This document shows positions 1 to 10,695 of a stretch of 44,289 nucleotides of DNA, piece by piece. Within the stretch, counting starts at the first letter, position 1. Each line of letters opens with the position of its first letter. The translations under genes and the position numbers were made by a program. Location: NCBI GenBank assembly GCA_031409395.1, contig JANNXF010000120.1:1-44289 (forward strand). The letters run 5' to 3'. The notes beneath the pieces were generated by a model. That model searched no databases, was not told the origin of the DNA, and worked only from the letters and a program-made list of their open reading frames with translations. This DNA is from Polaromonas sp. GTDB lineage: Bacteria > Pseudomonadota > Gammaproteobacteria > Burkholderiales > Burkholderiaceae_C.

Positions 1-963
1 GCGGCTGAGTTTTCCGGCTGAATCCAGAAACACCATGATTAATTTGCGGCCTGCAATTTTGGTTTGCATCACAAGACACTGGCCCGCTTCCGAGATGTAA
101 CCGGTTTTTTGCAGGCCGATGTCCCATTCGGGGTTTTTCACCAGGCGGTTGGTGTTGTTGTACTGCAGGGTGCGGCTGCCGACTGCCACTTGGTAGCCGG
201 TAGAGGTTGACAGTTCGCGAAGCAAGGGGTCGCCATGGGCTGCATTGACCAGCGTGGCCAGGTCTTGTGCGCTGGACTGGTTGCGGCTGGAAAGGCCGGT
301 AGGCTCTACATAGCGGGTGTCGTTCATGCCCAGCATTTTGGCCTTGGCGTTCATCAGGCTGACAAAGGTTGACATGCCGCCCGGATAGGTGCGGCCCAAC
401 GCATGTGCCGCCCGGTTTTCGCTGGACATCAGGGCCAGATGCAGCAATTCACCCCGCGTCAGCGTGGTACCAACCCTGAGCCGGGAACTGCTGTGCTTTT
501 CGGTGTCCACGTCGTCTTGCGTGACAGACACCATTTCGTCGAGGGGCAACTTGGCGCCACTGATGATCACGCCGGTCATCAGCTTGGTGAGTGAGGCAAT
601 GGGCAACACCGCGTGGTCGTTCTTGCTGAAAAGCACTTCCCGCGTGTCCTGGTCAATCACCAGTGCCACGCTGGATTTCAAATCCAGCGCATCTTGCGCA
701 CCGTGCAGGCCCGCCATCTGGCCAAAAGAAGGCTTGGCTGGCGCCGCAGCACGTACCACCACACCCCGCTTGTTACCCGCCGTGAAACGCACGCTTTTGC
801 GCGTGGAAACGCTCTTTTTGGAGATCGCTATTTTGGTGGCGTGCTGCTTTTTAACCACCACGGTTTTGGCCTTTTCGGCCGCGACAGCAGGCACTGCAAA
901 TGCGAGAGACACCACCACAAACCCAACGATTTTTAATGCGCGATTGAAAATCTGGTTGTACAT
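1..963 (-). CDS. pbpG: D-alanyl-D-alanine endopeptidase (PBP7-like), 3' end outside window
   Basis: Not in the ORF track because it runs off the window. Hand translation from ATG 963: MYNQIFNRALKIVGFVVVSLAFAVPAVAA (signal-like), PIASLTKLMT (SxxK), MSSENRAA (SxN), QKTGYISEAGQC (KTG). Confidence 0.88.
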   Translation of the reverse strand, partial: MYNQIFNRALKIVGFVVVSLAFAVPAVAAEKAKTVVVKKQHATKIAISKKSVSTRKSVRFTAGNKRGVVVRAAAPAKPSFGQMAGLHGAQDALDLKSSVALVIDQDTREVLFSKNDHAVLPIASLTKLMTGVIISGAKLPLDEMVSVTQDDVDTEKHSSSRLRVGTTLTRGELLHLALMSSENRAAHALGRTYPGGMSTFVSLMNAKAKMLGMNDTRYVEPTGLSSRNQSSAQDLATLVNAAHGDPLLRELSTSTGYQVAVGSRTLQYNNTNRLVKNPEWDIGLQKTGYISEAGQCLVMQTKIAGRKLIMVFLDSAGKLSR

Positions 964-1021
964 GGTGGTGTGGCCTGCGTTGGGTTGCAATTAATGCGAT
1001 GGCTGAAGTGTATACAAATAG

Positions 1022-1057
1022 AAAAAGTCACGCAATATCAAAAACTTGCGTGACTTT
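1022..1057 (-). terminator. Inverted repeat downstream of leuA, probable terminator; loop contains an IHF-consensus match
   Basis: AAAGTCACGCAA-N10-TTGCGTGACTTT, with a T-run following on the minus strand. TATCAAAAACTTG at 1036-1048 fits WATCAANNNNTTR. Confidence 0.5.
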
Positions 1058-1165
1058 CCTAAAAACACTCTCACTTCGGGGGCTTTTTACTGCTTACACC
1101 ATACTCTGCACCACAAAAACGCTGCAAACCGTTGAATTTAAATACTTAATTCTTAATTTCAAAAT

Positions 1166-2704
1166 TCAACCCTGTGCAGCGACGCGATCGGCTTTGCTTT
1201 GAAGCTTGTTCAGCGCGCTCAGGTAGGCTTTTGCTGACGCCACCACAATGTCAGGGTCTGCACCGACGCCATTGACCACCCGCCCGCTGTTTTGCAGGCG
1301 CACCGTGACTTCACCCTGGCTTTCTGTAGACCCGCTGATCGCGTTCACAGAGTAAAGCACCATTTCAGCACCGCTTTTAACGTGTGATTCGATGGCTTTG
1401 AGCGACGCATCGACCGGGCCATTGCCGTCTGACTGACTTTTCACCTCTTTGCCTTCGACGGTAAACACAATGCTCGCCTGCGGACGCTCGCCGGTTTCGC
1501 TGTGCTGGGACAAAGAGACAAAGGCGTACTGCTCCTTGTCCCGGGTGACGCTTTCATCACTGACCAGAGCCAGGATGTCTTCGTCAAAAATCTCGCTTTT
1601 CCGGTCGGCAAGGTCCTTGAACTTGATGAAGGCGTTATTAATATCGACTTCACTTTCCATCGCCACGCCAAGCTCCTGCAAACGTTGCTTGAAGGCGTTG
1701 CGGCCGCTGAGTTTGCCCAGCACGATCTTGTTGGCGCTCCAGCCAACGTCTTCTGCACGCATGATCTCGTAGGTGTCGCGGGCCTTGAGCACACCGTCCT
1801 GGTGAATGCCAGAGGCATGGGCAAAAGCGTTGGCCCCCACCACCGCCTTGTTGGGCTGCACCACAAACCCGGTGGTCTGGCTGACCAGACGGCTCGCCGC
1901 CAGGATGTGCTGGGTGTCGATGCCCATCACCAGGTCAAAGTAGTCCCTGCGCGTTTTGACGGCCATCACCACTTCTTCAAGCGAGCAATTGCCGGCACGC
2001 TCACCCAGGCCATTGATGGTGCACTCGACCTGCCGCGCACCCCCGACCTTCACACCGGCCAGGGAATTGGCCACTGCCATGCCGAGATCGTTATGGCAGT
2101 GCACAGACCAGATGGCCTTGTCACTGTTGGGAATGCGCTCGCGCAGGTTTTTGATGAAGTTGCCATAAAGCTCGGGAATGGCGTAACCCACGGTGTCGGG
2201 CACATTGATGGTGGTGGCGCCTTCGTTGATGACGGCCTCAAGCACGCGGCACAGGAAGTCCGGGTCAGAGCGGTAGCCGTCTTCGGGGCTGAACTCGATG
2301 TCGGCCATAAGGTTACGCGCAAAGCGCACCGACAGTTTGGCCTGCTCAAACACCTGGTCGGGCGTCATGCGCAGCTTCTTTTCCATGTGCAGCGCACTGG
2401 TGGCCAAAAACAGGTGCAGACGACCTGAGTTGGCGGGCTTGAGCGCCTCGGCAGCACGGGAAATATCCCGATCGTTGGCGCGGGCCAGCGAGCAGATGGT
2501 TGAATCCTTGATGACCTCTGCAATGGCCTTGACACACTCAAAATCGCCATTGGAACTCGCTGCGAAGCCGGCCTCGATCACATCCACCTTCAGACGCTCC
2601 AGCTGACGGGCAATGCGCAACTTTTCGTCACGGGTCATCGACGCACCGGGAGATTGCTCACCGTCGCGCAAGGTGGTATCGAAAATAATGAGTTTTTCAG
2701 TCAT
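1166..2704 (-). CDS. leuA: 2-isopropylmalate synthase (E. coli-type LeuA)
   Basis: [32 protein letters not shown] and C-terminal regulatory domain (GNGPVDA); 512 aa. Confidence 0.97.
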   Translation of the reverse strand: MTEKLIIFDTTLRDGEQSPGASMTRDEKLRIARQLERLKVDVIEAGFAASSNGDFECVKAIAEVIKDSTICSLARANDRDISRAAEALKPANSGRLHLFLATSALHMEKKLRMTPDQVFEQAKLSVRFARNLMADIEFSPEDGYRSDPDFLCRVLEAVINEGATTINVPDTVGYAIPELYGNFIKNLRERIPNSDKAIWSVHCHNDLGMAVANSLAGVKVGGARQVECTINGLGERAGNCSLEEVVMAVKTRRDYFDLVMGIDTQHILAASRLVSQTTGFVVQPNKAVVGANAFAHASGIHQDGVLKARDTYEIMRAEDVGWSANKIVLGKLSGRNAFKQRLQELGVAMESEVDINNAFIKFKDLADRKSEIFDEDILALVSDESVTRDKEQYAFVSLSQHSETGERPQASIVFTVEGKEVKSQSDGNGPVDASLKAIESHVKSGAEMVLYSVNAISGSTESQGEVTVRLQNSGRVVNGVGADPDIVVASAKAYLSALNKLQSKADRVAAQG

Positions 2705-2769
2705 GCGTATCTCCTGGTGCGCTGGGGGTGTGATGTACGGGCTATCGTGGGAAGTCGGTAAACGGCAGT

Positions 2770-4488
2770 TCAGGGTGTGATGGTAGCGGCTGTCTGCCCA
2801 TGTTCAAACGCGCCGACCACCCCACTTGCCGCTTTGCTGCGTTGCAGGCCCGACACAATCGCCTTGAGCGACGCCGACACGATGTTGCCGTCCATGCCGA
2901 CGCCAAAAAGGGTCTGCTCATTGATGCGCAACTCAAGGTAGGCCACGGCTTGCGCGCCAGCACCGGCGCCAATCGCGTGCTCATGGTAGTCCAGCACGCG
3001 CACCACATGACCTGTTGCCGCATTGAGCCCGGCCACAAAGGCGTCAATCGGTCCGGTGCCTGTGCCCTGCACCTGATGGCTGCTGCCCGCAACCCGTACA
3101 TCGGCCCTGATGTTGAAAGTCCTGTCACCCGCTTGGCCGGTTTCCTCAATCACCAGACCTTGCGGCGCTGCGATGGTCTGCACACCGTACTCTTTTTCAA
3201 ACAATACAAAAAGGTCTTGCGCTGTGAGTTCCTTGCCGGTTGCGTCCATCACGCTTTGCACCACCTGGCTGAATTCAATCTGCAGGCGGCGCGGAAGCTC
3301 AAGGCCGAACTCGCTTTCAAGCAGGTAGGCAATACCGCCCTTGCCCGACTGGCTGTTGACTCGAATCACGGCCTCATAGCTGCGGCCAAGGTCTTTCGGG
3401 TCGATCGGCAGGTAAGGCATGTCCCAGATATCGCCCTCCTGACGTGCTGCAAACGCCTTCTTGATGGCGTCCTGGTGCGAGCCTGAAAACGAGGTGTACA
3501 CCAGGTCGCCAGCGTAAGGGTGACGGGGGTGCACAGGCAACTGGTTGCAATGCTCCACGGTACGGCGTATCTCGTCGATTTCAGAAAAATCGAGCCCTGG
3601 CGCCACACCCTGCGTATAGAGGTTGAGCGCGATGTTCACCAGATCCACATTGCCGGTGCGTTCGCCATTGCCAAACAGGCAGCCTTCAATGCGGTCAGCA
3701 CCGGCCATCAGGGCGAGTTCACCGGCTGCAGTGCCAGTGCCCCGGTCGTTGTGGGGATGCACAGAAATGACAATGGCTTCACGACGCGCCAGGTTGCGGT
3801 GCATCCACTCCATCATGTCGGCAAAAATATTCGGGGTTGAATGCTCGACCGTCGACGGCAAGTTGATGATGCATTTGTGCTCGGGCGTTGGCTGCCACAC
3901 TGCAGTGACCGCATCGACCACCCTTTTGGAAAATGCCAGCTCGGTGCCTGACCACATTTCAGGCGAATACTGGAAGGTCCACTGCGTGTCTGGCTGCCCC
4001 GCAGCCAGTCGGGCAAACAGGCGCGCGTTGTCGGTGGCGAGCGTCACAATTTCATCCTCGTTCATGCCCAACACGACGCGGCGCATGACGGGCGCGGTTG
4101 CGTTATAAAGATGAACAATGGCTTTTTTGGCGCCTTTGAGTGCTTCAAAGGTGCGGCGAATCAGCGGCTCGCGGGCCTGCGTGAGCACCTGAATCGTCAC
4201 ATCGTCAGGCACCAGATTGCCCTCAATCAGCCGGCGCAAAAAGTCAAACTCGACCTGCGAAGCCGACGGAAAACCGACTTCAATTTCCTTGAAGCCGATC
4301 TTCACCAGGGTTTCGAACATCTTGAGCTTGCGTGGGATGTCCATGGGCTCAATCAGGGCCTGGTTGCCGTCACGCAAATCAACACTGCACCAGACAGGCG
4401 CCCGGGTCAGCACGGTATCGGGCCAGGTGCGGTCGGCCAGGCGGATCGGGGGAAAAGACTTGTATTTGCTGGAAGGTGTTTTCAACAT
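2770..4488 (-). CDS. leuA: 2-isopropylmalate synthase, yeast/actinobacterial type (LeuA2)
   Basis: [45 protein letters not shown]. Start set at ATG 4488 (MLKTPSSKY); ATG 4494 is an alternative. Confidence 0.93.
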   Translation of the reverse strand: MLKTPSSKYKSFPPIRLADRTWPDTVLTRAPVWCSVDLRDGNQALIEPMDIPRKLKMFETLVKIGFKEIEVGFPSASQVEFDFLRRLIEGNLVPDDVTIQVLTQAREPLIRRTFEALKGAKKAIVHLYNATAPVMRRVVLGMNEDEIVTLATDNARLFARLAAGQPDTQWTFQYSPEMWSGTELAFSKRVVDAVTAVWQPTPEHKCIINLPSTVEHSTPNIFADMMEWMHRNLARREAIVISVHPHNDRGTGTAAGELALMAGADRIEGCLFGNGERTGNVDLVNIALNLYTQGVAPGLDFSEIDEIRRTVEHCNQLPVHPRHPYAGDLVYTSFSGSHQDAIKKAFAARQEGDIWDMPYLPIDPKDLGRSYEAVIRVNSQSGKGGIAYLLESEFGLELPRRLQIEFSQVVQSVMDATGKELTAQDLFVLFEKEYGVQTIAAPQGLVIEETGQAGDRTFNIRADVRVAGSSHQVQGTGTGPIDAFVAGLNAATGHVVRVLDYHEHAIGAGAGAQAVAYLELRINEQTLFGVGMDGNIVSASLKAIVSGLQRSKAASGVVGAFEHGQTAATITP

Positions 4489-4530
4489 GGCCATCTCGTC
4501 ACATCTGGGGATTTCAAAAACCAGCAACCC

Positions 4531-4570
4531 AAAACAAAAACGGCCCGTTGCTGGTGCAAACGGGCCGTTG
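4531..4570 (-). terminator. Attenuator terminator of the leuA leader
   Basis: Minus strand AACGGCCCGTT-tgcaccagc-AACGGGCCGTT followed by TTTGTTTT, between leader peptide and leuA2. Confidence 0.85.
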
Positions 4571-4605
4571 GAATCAGCTTGACGCGTATTGATTTATCGC
4601 GCGCG

Positions 4606-4659
4606 CTACCGTTTCCGCCCGTTGGCAGATAGCAGTAGTGCTAGCAAAATTTGTTTCAT
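4606..4659 (-). CDS. Leucine leader peptide MKQILLALLLSANGRKR
   Basis: Codons TTG CTA GCA CTA CTG CTA (5 Leu, three rare CTA). Downstream AACGGGC is complementary to GCCCGTT in the terminator 5' arm (antiterminator). Confidence 0.85.
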   Translation of the reverse strand: MKQILLALLLSANGRKR

Positions 4660-4688
4660 ATAAACAATGTAGCACAAATCACTTGTGC
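4660..4688 (-). promoter_or_regulatory. Extended -10 promoter (TGcTACATT) for the leader, with adjacent GCACAA-N5-TTGTGC palindrome
   Basis: TACATT at 4671-4666, 6 nt before the leader ATG, no SD. Palindrome at 4672-4688. Confidence 0.5.
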
Positions 4689-5491
4689 AGGCCGCGCTCG
4701 TCAGGTTCGTCCGTCGAGGTAGAAATGACGCTGGTCTGCAAGCCCTTGGCCTTGCGCCAGCCATACAGTACGTAGCCCGACAAACCATACAGGACGAACA
4801 GGCCGAACATGACGGTCGGTGGATCGATGTTGATCACCGCAATCCCCAGGGCGATCAGCACAATGACCACAAAGGGCACGCTGCGCTTCATCTGCACGTC
4901 TTTAAAACTGTAAAACGGCACGTTGGTAACCATGGTCAACCCCGCATAAAGCGTAAGTCCAAACGTCACCCAGCGCACCTCAAGCCCGGTCACGCCGGCA
5001 TCACTCATCAGCCAGATAAAGCCGGCCACCAGCGCAGCGGCTGCCGGTGATGGCAGGCCCTGAAAAAAGCGCTTGTCAACGACCGAGGTATTCACGTTGA
5101 AACGGGCCAGGCGCAAGGCCGCGCAGGCGCAATACACAAACGCGCCAATCCAGCCCCACCTGCCGAGACTGGTCAACGCCCAGACATAGGCGATCAAGGC
5201 CGGCGCCGCGCCAAAAGACACCATGTCGGACAGCGAATCCATCTGCTCGCCAAACGCGCTTTGGGTATTGGTCATGCGGGCCACCCTGCCATCCAGGCTG
5301 TCGAGCACCATGGCACAGAACACGCCGATCGCAGCCTGGTCGAATCGCCCATTCATGGCCATGACGATGGCGTAGAAGCCGCCAAAGAGCGCGGCGAGCG
5401 TGAACAGGTTGGGCAAGATGTAAATGCCCTTGCGCCGCTTGCGTACCACCACCTCTGAGGGCTTTGACACCATTTCTTCGCCATCATGCAT
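4679..5491 (-). CDS. pssA: CDP-diacylglycerol--serine O-phosphatidyltransferase
   Basis: LPNLFT; DSLDGRVARMTNTQSAFGEQMDSLSD (CDP-alcohol phosphotransferase motif); RLARFN; FQGLPSP; AGGAG SD. Confidence 0.95.
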   Translation of the reverse strand: MHDGEEMVSKPSEVVVRKRRKGIYILPNLFTLAALFGGFYAIVMAMNGRFDQAAIGVFCAMVLDSLDGRVARMTNTQSAFGEQMDSLSDMVSFGAAPALIAYVWALTSLGRWGWIGAFVYCACAALRLARFNVNTSVVDKRFFQGLPSPAAAALVAGFIWLMSDAGVTGLEVRWVTFGLTLYAGLTMVTNVPFYSFKDVQMKRSVPFVVIVLIALGIAVINIDPPTVMFGLFVLYGLSGYVLYGWRKAKGLQTSVISTSTDEPDERGLHK

Positions 5492-5687
5492 AAAAATACT
5501 CCTGGAGGCACAACGGGTGCGCGTAAACAGCTAACAAAGAGGGCACGTCCCATCGGCGAACATGGCCAACTACCCTGGCCTGACTCCTGAGGGAGTCAGT
5601 CAGTCGTTTCCAGCCGGAGGATACCAAATCCGCGGTCAGTAAAGACGCAATAGCGCATTAGACACCGATAAGTTTGCCTGCAGCAGC

Positions 5688-5722
5688 AAAAAAGCCGCGC
5701 ATTATTTCTGCGCGGCTTTTTT
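5688..5722. terminator. Intrinsic terminator downstream of ilvC (bidirectional shape)
   Basis: AAAAAAGCCGCGC-attatttct-GCGCGGCTTTTTT. Confidence 0.85.
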
Positions 5723-5757
5723 CAGGGCATGCCCCTTTGGGTGAAGTCAGGTGCGAA

Positions 5758-6883
<1,126 letters not shown>

Positions 6884-6904
6884 CGCGCGCACGGACCACT
6901 GAAA

Positions 6905-7396
6905 TCAGACTCTCAGAATTCGCTCGCCACGGCCAATGCCGCTGGAACCGGTTCGTACCGTCTCCAGAATCGCACTGCGCTCAATGGCTTCAAGAAACGC
7001 ATCGTTTTTGGACTGGTCGCCGGTGAGCTCGATCGTGTAACTTTTTTCAGTCACATCGATGATCCGCCCGCGAAAGATATCGGCCATGCGCTTCATTTCT
7101 TCGCGCTCCTTGCCGACCGCGCGCACCTTGACCATCATCAGCTCGCGCTCGGTGTAGGCCCCTTCGGTCAGGTCGACCACCTTCACCACTTCGATCAGGC
7201 GGTTCAGGTGCTTGGTGATCTGCTCGATCACGTCGTCAGAGCCCGAGGTTTGAATCGTCATGCGCGACAACGTTGGGTCTTCGGTCGGCGCAACCGTCAG
7301 ACTCTCAATGTTGTAGCCACGGGCCGAAAAAAGGCCGACAACGCGGGACAGAGCGCCCGGCTCGTTTTCCAGCAAAACTGCAATGATGTGTTTCAT
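6905..7396 (-). CDS. ilvN: Acetolactate synthase small (regulatory) subunit
   Basis: LLENEPGALSRVVGLFSARGYNIESL ACT domain; 163 aa. Confidence 0.97.
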   Translation of the reverse strand: MKHIIAVLLENEPGALSRVVGLFSARGYNIESLTVAPTEDPTLSRMTIQTSGSDDVIEQITKHLNRLIEVVKVVDLTEGAYTERELMMVKVRAVGKEREEMKRMADIFRGRIIDVTEKSYTIELTGDQSKNDAFLEAIERSAILETVRTGSSGIGRGERILRV

Positions 7397-7415
7397 AGGT
7401 CTGCGACGCCTCTTT

Positions 7416-7461
7416 TTGCTGCCCTCCCCTGCGCACGGTAATGCACAGGCTTGGCAGGCAA
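7416..7461 (-). promoter_or_regulatory. Long hairpin just upstream of the ilvN RBS, candidate cis-regulatory RNA
   Basis: Minus strand TTGCCTGCCaagCCTGTGCAttaccgTGCGCAGGggagGGCAGCAA, followed by AAAGAGG. Confidence 0.4.
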
Positions 7462-7498
7462 TTGATTGGTCAGATTAAGTTGATTGGTTTGACTGATT

Positions 7499-7553
7499 TG
7501 CTATGGAATTAATAGCTGCTAGCGCTCGTTTCTATTGGGCTAAAGCACTATTT
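7499..7553 (+). repeat. 55-bp double-palindrome repeat (family A), copy 1, ilvB-ilvN intergenic
   Basis: TGCTATggaattaATAGCTGCTAGCGCTCGtttctattGGGCtaaagcactattt; aligns ungapped with the other copies. Confidence 0.85.
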
Positions 7554-7562
7554 AACCACTGA

Positions 7563-9356
7563 CTAGAGATCTTCCGAGCCCAGCAGCATCTCATTGATAC
7601 CCTTGCCGGCCTTGACCATCGGAAACACGTTCTCGGTCGGGTCGGTACGGAAATCCATGAACACCGTGCGGTCCTTGAGCTTGCGTGCTTCGCGCAGCGC
7701 CGGCTCGACATCCTGCGGTTTTTCAATCAGCATGCCAACGTGGCCATAGGCCTCGGCCAGCTTCACAAAATTGGGCAGCGCATCCATATAACTGTGGCTG
7801 TAACGGCCTTCGTAATCAAACTCCTGCCACTGCCGCACCATGCCCAGGTAGCGGTTGTTCAGCGACACGATCTTGATCGGCGTGTTGTATTGCAGGCAGG
7901 TCGAAAGCTCCTGGATGCACATCTGCACCGAACCTTCACCGGTGATACAGAACACTTCCGACTCCGGCTTGGCCATCTTGATGCCCATGGCATACGGAAT
8001 GCCGACGCCCATGGTGCCGAGGCCGCCTGAGTTGATCCAGCGGCGCGGCTCGTCGAACTTGTAGTACTGCGCGGCCCACATCTGGTGCTGGCCAACGTCA
8101 GAGGTGATGTAGGTATCTGCGTCCTTGGTCATGTTCCAGAGCGTTTCAACCACGTACTGCGGTTTGATGACATCGCTGCTACCCATGCTGTATTTCATGC
8201 AGTCGCGCTTGCGCCAGCCTTCAATGGTGTCCCACCAGCCGCCCAGCGCATTCGCGTCGGGTTTGAGGCCTGATTCCCGGATCATGGCGATCAGTTCGGT
8301 CAGCACGTCTTTCACATCACCGACGATGGGAATGTCCACCTTGACGCGCTTGGAAATGCTGGAGGGGTCGATATCAATATGGATGATCTTGCGTTCGTTC
8401 TGCGCAAAATGCTTGGGGTTGCCAATCACGCGGTCGTCAAAACGCGCACCGACGGCCAGCAGCACATCGCAGTTCTGCATTGCGTTGTTGGCTTCATAGG
8501 TTCCGTGCATACCCAGCATGCCGAGGAATTTCTTGTCGCTGGCCGGGTAGGCACCCAGGCCCATCAGCGTGTTGGTGCAGGGATAGCCCAGCATGTCCAC
8601 CAGCGTGCGCAGCTCTTGCGAGGCATTGCTCAGCAGCACGCCACCACCGGTATAAATGTACGGACGCTTGGCCGACATCAACAACTGCAGGGCCTTGCGG
8701 ATTTGTCCGCCGTGGCCTTTGCGAACCGGGTTGTAGGAGCGCATTTCGACGCTCTGCGGATAGCCCGTGTACGCCGTCTTGTTGAAGGAAACGTCCTTCG
8801 GAATATCGACCACCACCGGGCCCGGCCGGCCGGTTCTGGCAATGTGAAACGCCTTTTTCAGGGTTTCAGCCATCTGGCGAACATCCTTGACCAGAAAGTT
8901 GTGCTTGACGATGGGGCGGGTAATGCCGACGGTGTCGCACTCCTGGAAAGCATCCAGACCAATCGCGTGCGTAGGAACCTGCCCCGTGATGATGACCATC
9001 GGGATGCTGTCCATGTAGGCTGTGGCGATGCCCGTCACGGCATTGGTCACGCCAGGGCCAGACGTGACAAGCGCGACGCCCACATCACCGGTTGCGCGCG
9101 CATAGCCATCGGCCGCGTGCACGGCAGCCTGCTCGTGGCGCACCAGAATGTGCTGGATCGAGTCCTGCTTGTAAAAAGCGTCGTAAATGTGAAGAACGGC
9201 GCCGCCCGGATAGCCCCAGATGTACTTGACACCTTCGGCCTGAAGCGACTTCACGAGGATTTCAGAACCCCGGAGTTCCTGGGAATTTGAATTTGAATTT
9301 GCTGTGGCTGCAAACGCAGCAGCTGCGGAAGCGATTTCCGCTTTTGAGATTTCCAT
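7563..9356 (-). CDS. ilvB: Acetolactate synthase large subunit (biosynthetic)
   Basis: GYPGGAVL, RHEQAA, TSGPG, SDVGQHQMW, SGGLGTMG, TPP motif GEGS...NN. Start set at ATG 9356. Confidence 0.96.
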   Translation of the reverse strand: MEISKAEIASAAAAFAATANSNSNSQELRGSEILVKSLQAEGVKYIWGYPGGAVLHIYDAFYKQDSIQHILVRHEQAAVHAADGYARATGDVGVALVTSGPGVTNAVTGIATAYMDSIPMVIITGQVPTHAIGLDAFQECDTVGITRPIVKHNFLVKDVRQMAETLKKAFHIARTGRPGPVVVDIPKDVSFNKTAYTGYPQSVEMRSYNPVRKGHGGQIRKALQLLMSAKRPYIYTGGGVLLSNASQELRTLVDMLGYPCTNTLMGLGAYPASDKKFLGMLGMHGTYEANNAMQNCDVLLAVGARFDDRVIGNPKHFAQNERKIIHIDIDPSSISKRVKVDIPIVGDVKDVLTELIAMIRESGLKPDANALGGWWDTIEGWRKRDCMKYSMGSSDVIKPQYVVETLWNMTKDADTYITSDVGQHQMWAAQYYKFDEPRRWINSGGLGTMGVGIPYAMGIKMAKPESEVFCITGEGSVQMCIQELSTCLQYNTPIKIVSLNNRYLGMVRQWQEFDYEGRYSHSYMDALPNFVKLAEAYGHVGMLIEKPQDVEPALREARKLKDRTVFMDFRTDPTENVFPMVKAGKGINEMLLGSEDL

Positions 9357-9689
9357 GATCAACCTTTGTGAATTTCTCTAACGAAATACCTTGGGTGCTT
9401 CTTCGCCCGCTCTTGTGAAGCCGCGTTGAAACTTGAGGCCAAAACCATAAGCGAAAACATAATCCGCCAAGCCATGACCCGTTTGCCGTTTGAATTGCAG
9501 GGCGTATTATGACATTTCGCACTGTTCAAGCGCAGCAAACAGTCCCGAGAATCCAGAAATCGGCGTTTTTAGCCGCTTGTGGTGCGATAATTTTCAAGCT
9601 TTGCAGCAGGCGCATGACGAATGCGCTGCCTGCACGGGCTCGGCAAATCACAATAATTACAGCGCTGGACAAACCGGAACCCCACACCG

Positions 9690-10256
9690 TTGGCAACTGA
9701 ACAAGAACTCTCTGACTTTCTGAAAAACGTTGAAAAACGTGCTTTCAAGCGAAGCATTTATCACGTTCGGGACGAAGAGGCTGCGCTGGACATTGTTCAG
9801 GACAGCATGATGAAGCTGGCGCAGCACTACGGTGACAAGCCGGCCGCTGAACTGCCCATGCTGTTTCAGCGGATTTTGTCGAACACCACCCTCGACTGGT
9901 TTCGGCGCCGCAAAACCCGAAACGCTCTTTTCTCCAACATGAGCGACTTCGAATCGTCGGGTGAAGACGGAGATTTCGATCTTCTGGAAACTTTAGAGAC
10001 CCTGACCAACTCTGAGGGAACAGAAAGCGCGCAAGATGCCACAGAACGGGCGCAGATATTGCTTCAGATCGAATTGGAAGTGAAGGAGCTGCCCGGCCGT
10101 CAACGAGAAGCGTTTCTGATGCGTTATTGGGAAGAAATGGACGTGGCGGAAACCGCTGCGGCCATGGGGTGCTCTGAAGGCAGCGTCAAAACACACTGCT
10201 CCCGTGCAGTGCACGCCCTCAGCAAAGCCCTGAGCGCAAAAGGGATAAAACTATGA
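9690..10256 (+). CDS. ECF-family RNA polymerase sigma factor
   Basis: AALDIVQD (region 2); LPGRQREAFLMRYWEEMDVAETAAAMGCSEGSVKTHCSRA (region 4 HTH); TTG start. Confidence 0.92.
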   Translation: MATEQELSDFLKNVEKRAFKRSIYHVRDEEAALDIVQDSMMKLAQHYGDKPAAELPMLFQRILSNTTLDWFRRRKTRNALFSNMSDFESSGEDGDFDLLETLETLTNSEGTESAQDATERAQILLQIELEVKELPGRQREAFLMRYWEEMDVAETAAAMGCSEGSVKTHCSRAVHALSKALSAKGIKL

Positions 10257-10681
10257 CTAATTCACTGCAAAAACGAACCCATATTCTTGAGGATCGCTTC
10301 GGTCTTAAAACCGCGTCTTATCTGTCGGTCGGCGCAGCCGATTTGCCTTATGACATTTCCGAGCGCTTGCGGGCGGCCCGAATGCAAAGCCTGGCCAAAC
10401 GCAAGATCGCAAAAGCAGAAACGGCTGGCGGCGTCGTCAACGCCGGTGCGAGCGCGGCACTGCTGTGGGGCTCTGGTGACGGCCTGGGCTGGTGGGCCCG
10501 AATTGGTTCAGTGGTGCCACTGATTGCGCTGGTGGTGGGCCTGCTGGCCATCAATTCGATTCAAAACGACAACCGCGCCCAGGAAGTGGCCGAAGTTGAC
10601 GCTGCGCTGCTGACCGATGAATTGCCCCCTGCGGCATTTGCAGACCCCGGTTTTGTTCAGTTTCTCAAGGCCACACGCTAA
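10253..10681 (+). CDS. DUF3619-like single-TM protein, putative anti-sigma factor
   Basis: Start overlaps the sigma stop. DISERLRAAR, one TM helix, DAALLTDELPPAAFADPGF. Confidence 0.78.
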   Translation: MTNSLQKRTHILEDRFGLKTASYLSVGAADLPYDISERLRAARMQSLAKRKIAKAETAGGVVNAGASAALLWGSGDGLGWWARIGSVVPLIALVVGLLAINSIQNDNRAQEVAEVDAALLTDELPPAAFADPGFVQFLKATR

Positions 10682-10695
10682 GACCTGACTGTCCA

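Noticed and set aside
389-994. Plus-strand 201-aa ORF and similar long antisense ORFs (5674-6792, 8379-9290, 15838-16929, 34331-35407, 42708-43643)
   Set aside because: Shadows of well-supported genes on the opposite strand, expected in high-GC DNA.
9279-9330. AAATTC x3 (NSNSNS) in the ilvB N-terminus
   Set aside because: Frame-preserving low-complexity tract in a variable N-terminal tail, with no sign of function.
9359-9475. 38-aa uORF (MAWRIMFSLMVL...) ending just before ilvB as an ilv leader peptide
   Set aside because: No run of Ile/Leu/Val codons and no terminator between it and ilvB.
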